Origin: Candidatus Krumholzibacteriota bacterium
GTDB lineage: Bacteria > Krumholzibacteriota > Krumholzibacteriia > JAJRXK01
Assembly (NCBI GenBank): GCA_963806035.1
Contig: CAWDWO010000039.1
Coordinates: 1-64,000 of the forward strand
Direction of reading: 5' to 3'
DNA: 64,000 bases
Below are positions 60,153-64,000 of this stretch, one piece after another. Position numbers and translations under genes: made by a program. Every line of letters starts with the position of its first letter. The first letter of the stretch is position 1. A model generated the notes under the pieces. That model searched no databases, was not told the origin of the DNA, and saw only the letters and a list, made by a program, of their open reading frames with translations.

Positions 60153-62434
60153 TTGCAGATCTGGGCCTGGATCGTCCTCGCACTTTTGAGCCTGTCGCCT
60201 CCGGCGCTCAAGGGGGCGGACGAATGGCCCAGCGGACAGCTCACTCCACGCGTGGATCGTCCGCCCTTGGCGGGTGAGGGACTCAGCCGCAGCGTCTTGC
60301 TGACGCAGATCGACAGCCTCAGCACCCTGTATCACGACGAGAGTCGCTCCGACCGCGGACGCCTGGCCTATCGCATCGCCCAACTCTATCTCTCGACCGG
60401 CCTGCTCAAACACCACCGCGTTGCCCTGGACTATCTGGAGTCCGCGATGCAGGCCGACTCCTCGCTCTTCGACGCGCAGAGGCTGCGCGCTTCCTTGGCC
60501 CAATCGATGAAATACAGCGGTCAGGCGCGGCAATGGTATCGCGATCTGTGCCGCGCGTTTCCGCGGGACGGACGTTCCTGGCGGCTCCTGGGAGCCTTCG
60601 ATTTCGAAGAGGGGCGACGGGTTCTCGACCAGGACCAGTTCGAACGGGCCGCACGAGCCTATGCCCATGCAGTGAGGGTCGACTCCACCGACTGCCGGGC
60701 GCGATTGGGACTGGCGGCGAGCCTCATCGGCCTGGGAAAGTACGACACGATCCCGCGGCTCCTCGCGCCGCTGCGGGCGGAGAAGGCGTTCTCGCAGTCC
60801 GCGCTCCTGATGAGTGGCGCCGCGCACCGCGCACTGGGGGACGAAGAGGCGGCCGCGCAGGATTTTCAACGGGCGCTCGCGCACGCTTCGAAAGAGATGC
60901 AGGAAACGTATCTCTACGGGCGCGAGTTTCTGGACAAGAGTGAAACCATCCGTCGCTTCGCCGCGCACCTCGACCCAGAACTCTTGAAGCAGGGGATGAA
61001 GCAAGTCGATCCACAATGGATCGAGGCGAAGGGTCTCGATCTGAAGAAGGCCCTGGGAGACAGTCTCGTCCTGCGACAGGCTCTCGCGGAATACTGGCGC
61101 GCCAACAACCCCTGGCCGTCGCACCTGACGAACATGAACCGTTTGGAATACTGGCGGCGACTGGTGGAGGCGGAGGTGCTTTTCGGACGGCCCGAGGAGG
61201 GAGTCAAGGGCTACCAGCGCCAGCCAGGCGTGGCATGGGTGCGCTGGGGACGGCCCGACAATTCGATGTACCTGCCGCCTTCCCATGGGGGGCGCCTGGA
61301 TGATCTGGCCCCCTTCGCGCTCGATCTGAACATGGTTTTGCCTCCCCGGATGTGCCCCTTTGGGTGTGGGGCTACCGGCAGGGCCATTACCGCTTCGCCC
61401 TGGTCTTCGAGGACCTGGCCATGAACGGGAACTGGAGCGCGCAGAAATCCACCGCGCACCGCATGCGCTTGGCCGAGCGAGCCGCTCCACTGGCGGTCGC
61501 TCCTTCCACCACGGCCGAACCTGGTTGCCGGGTTTCCCTCAGCTCCGCCGCCTTCTATCGGCCCAATGGAGCGGCCACCCTGGAGAGCTATCTCGAGATC
61601 GAGAACACACTTCCGGAGATCCTCGCCGCGAGCGCCGGAGGCGGCGCTGAGGATCGCGAACGCGACTTCGAGGTGGAATATGCGGTATTCGACGCAAAGG
61701 AGCGTCGCATCGACCATCGCAAGCGGACCCTGGGCCCTGAGGACCGCCGTAGCGCCCTGCGCGCTGCCCTGGGATTGCCCAGGCTGAAGGAGGACGGCGA
61801 TCCCTGGCTCGCTCAGTTCGCGGCCGACCTGAAACCGGGCCGCTACCGCGTCGCGGTCGACCTGAGCGCGGCCGGGGGAGAAGAGCATCAATCGCGCGAA
61901 CTCTCGCTCCTCATCCCCGAACGTTCGGCCCGCGAACTCTCCATCAGCGATCTCGAGCTGGCCTCCACCTTCGAGGCTCTCGAGGGCGAGAGTTCACTGC
62001 CCTCCTCCATGGTCAAGCACGCCTTCGGCATCCTGCCCGTCCCCAACGGGGTGTTTTCTGCCCAGGAGCCAACGCTCTACGTGTACTACGAGATCTACTA
62101 CCTGTGTCAGGACGAGCAGGGGCAGACCAGTTTCGACGTGAGCTATCGCGTCTATCACCGCAAGGACAAGGATCACAGCCGGGTTCTGAGCCGCCGGGTG
62201 GTGCGCGGGCTGAGTGCCGTCGATCCGCTTTCGTTGAGCTATATGGAGGAGACCACCGCGGTGTCCCCGCACGAACACGTGGTGAAGGGGGGGATGGTGG
62301 ACATCAGCGGACTCCGAGCGGGGCGGTATGTACTGGAAGTGGCGGTGCGCGACCGGGTGTGCGATCAGGTGGCGCGTTCGTACGTGGCCTTCAGTAAGCA
62401 AGAAGGGCCGAACCCAGGAGCCCCAGTGGAATGA
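60153..62434 (+). CDS. Exported TPR + GWxTD-like domain protein (frameshift at C run 61344-61347)
   Basis: GGAGGAG RBS; signal peptide; YWRANNP..N.LEYWRR..A..F..G....G..WVRWGRPD; ISDLELA, LYVYYEIY, GRYVLEVAVRD; ~760 aa joined. Confidence 0.8.
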
Positions 62435-62590
62435 AGCCCCTCCCCGCGGCACGGTTGGATGCGCGGGGTTCCCCCCTCCCCCCGCACCAACAGGTGCCGC
62501 CCTCAGGATATGGGCAACCACCAGAGGCTCCTGGGTTCAGCCCAGGATAACCAGGTCCGATACTTGAAGTTAGCGGATCCGGCCTTGCTC
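62396..62590 (-). ncRNA. Candidate structured non-coding RNA (unassigned family)
   Basis: Terminal 8-bp stem, 18-bp helix and four internal hairpins; upstream TTGACG-17-TATACC. Confidence 0.45.
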
Positions 62591-62732
62591 CCCTCAGGTA
62601 TACAACGCTCTCGATCGAACGTCAAGTCTGCTTCAAGATGACGGGAGCTTCCCCTTGCCGCCAGCCCTCACCCGTCGTAGAAAAGCAGGGGCCAAAGGCC
62701 GAATTTTCCCTCTCATTGGATGCGAGGCCATC

Positions 62733-63968
62733 GTGACGCAGCGTTCCGTCAAGTCGCTCCGCCATCGCGACTTTTACCGCGATCTCGAGAAGCTCCTCAC
62801 CCAGATCGACCAGGCCCAGGGCTTCGAGGAGATGCTCAGCGACCTGCTCGAGAAGGTCATCAAGAGCTACGCGGAGTACATCGGACTGGAGTCGGCGCGA
62901 CTCTACCGCGACGAGGGAGACGCCTATGTGGTCCTGCGCTCCTTCGGGGCCAAGGGAACCCAGGTCGTGGGCTTCCGGGTGGACCGAGGTTACGAGGTGC
63001 TGCGGCAGCTTCCTCCGCATCAGACCCGCTACTTCGCTCCCGACGATCCGGCCCTGAATCCCGAACTCGAGAAGGCGCTGGGCGTCCGGCACTTCGCCGC
63101 TTTTCTCGTGGGGCCCGCGCGCGACTACATCGTAGCTTTCGGTCTGAGCGAGGACGCCGACGTGCAGGAGGCGATGCTCATCTTGAGCACGCTGCGTCAC
63201 GCCATCGACACCCGCCTGAGACGGAGCGAGTTGGAAGGACAACTCCAGGAGGCGCACTCGATTCAGACCAGCCTCTTTCCCGGGCGCAGCTTCACATTCG
63301 ATGGCTACGAGATCGCGGGACAGAGTCTCCCGGCCGATCAGGTCGGCGGGGACATGCTCGACTATCTTCCGATCAGCGCCAACCTCTTGGGTCTGGCGGT
63401 GGGCGACGCCTCCGGGCACGGTCTGCCGGCAGCTCTGCAGGCCCGCGACGTGATCACCGGCCTGCGGATGGGGGTGGAGAAGGATCTGAAAATCACCGCC
63501 GTCTGCGAGCGATTGAACCGGGTCATCCACCGCAGCGGCCTCACATCGCGCTTCGTGAGCCTCTTCTTCGGAGAACTGGAGCTCAACGGCAATTTCGTCT
63601 ACGTCAACGCGGGGCACGATCCAGCTCTTCTCTTGCGCAAAGGGAAAAGAGGACAACTCTTGAAGTCGACCGGTCTCGTGCTCGGTCCGGTGAAGGACCT
63701 GGAGTACCGCCGGGGACTGGTGAACATCGAACCGGGCGACATGCTGGCTCTGTACACCGACGGCATCGTGGAACGCCAGGGGCCCGACGGCGAGTACGGA
63801 CTTGCGCGTCTGCGCTCGCTGCTGCAGAGCAGGCTGGATGAGGATCGACCGGTGCTGGAGATTCTGGATGAGGTGTTCGAGGACGTGAGGAGTTTCGGGC
63901 AGGGTCAAGCTTGGGCGGATGACGTCACCTTGATGCTCGTTCGCCGCAAACCCCTCGCGGACAAGTAG
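62733..63968 (+). CDS. SpoIIE/RsbU-like PP2C phosphatase with N-terminal GAF-like domain
   Basis: VGGDMLD, GDASGHG, FVSLF, YVNAGH, LYTDG, DDVT. Confidence 0.92.
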   Translation: MTQRSVKSLRHRDFYRDLEKLLTQIDQAQGFEEMLSDLLEKVIKSYAEYIGLESARLYRDEGDAYVVLRSFGAKGTQVVGFRVDRGYEVLRQLPPHQTRYFAPDDPALNPELEKALGVRHFAAFLVGPARDYIVAFGLSEDADVQEAMLILSTLRHAIDTRLRRSELEGQLQEAHSIQTSLFPGRSFTFDGYEIAGQSLPADQVGGDMLDYLPISANLLGLAVGDASGHGLPAALQARDVITGLRMGVEKDLKITAVCERLNRVIHRSGLTSRFVSLFFGELELNGNFVYVNAGHDPALLLRKGKRGQLLKSTGLVLGPVKDLEYRRGLVNIEPGDMLALYTDGIVERQGPDGEYGLARLRSLLQSRLDEDRPVLEILDEVFEDVRSFGQGQAWADDVTLMLVRRKPLADK

Positions 63969-64000
63969 CGGACGGAGGGACAATCCGTGGGATCCATCGT

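Noticed and set aside
62436..62470. SRP RNA (helix resembling CCxGCGCA...GTGCCGCxGG)
   Set aside because: The conserved domain IV CAGG-x-CCGGAAGG-x-AGCAGC core is absent

Overview
A GC-rich bacterial chromosomal window, mostly housekeeping, with accessory signalling and secreted-protein genes. The C25/FlgD-Ig protein, GWxTD protein and lipoproteins suggest a diderm FCB-group candidate phylum (Krumholzibacteriota/Eisenbacteria/Latescibacterota-like); this is inference. In order it holds: the end of an ABC-2 exporter operon; acyltransferase, ParA, ssb and nth; tRNA-Lys; an S41-like protein; an AhpD/ECF41 sigma pair with its cognate promoter; three large Ser/Thr kinases; hflKC; a globin; an MFS pump; a cytochrome c; tmRNA; the run yggS-yggT-divIVA-PNP-ileS-dksA-lspA-rluD-STAS-rsbW-yqgF-mltG; tRNA-Val; a surface-protein cluster; a peptidoglycan-recycling operon (murQ-anmK-SpoIID-nagZ); tRNA-Asp; xdhC/mocA; a desaturase; rpmB; a GWxTD/TPR protein; and a SpoIIE phosphatase. 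The best candidate for a novel system is five exported proteins sharing a fixed-spacing C-terminal tag, [VIT][PAG]x4S[WF]G[AS][ILV]K[AS][LS][FY]. Three of them sit between a dockerin-like protein and a PorU/gingipain-like C25 cysteine peptidase, which suggests a protein-sorting or surface-scaffold system. Other leads are a ~195-nt structured RNA with its own promoter (62396-62590, minus strand), an orphan RiPP-leader-like 40-aa peptide, and a small ORF whose stop codon lies inside tRNA-Val. Five genes carry single-base frameshifts, most likely long-read consensus errors. No CRISPR array, rRNA, integrase or transposase was seen.
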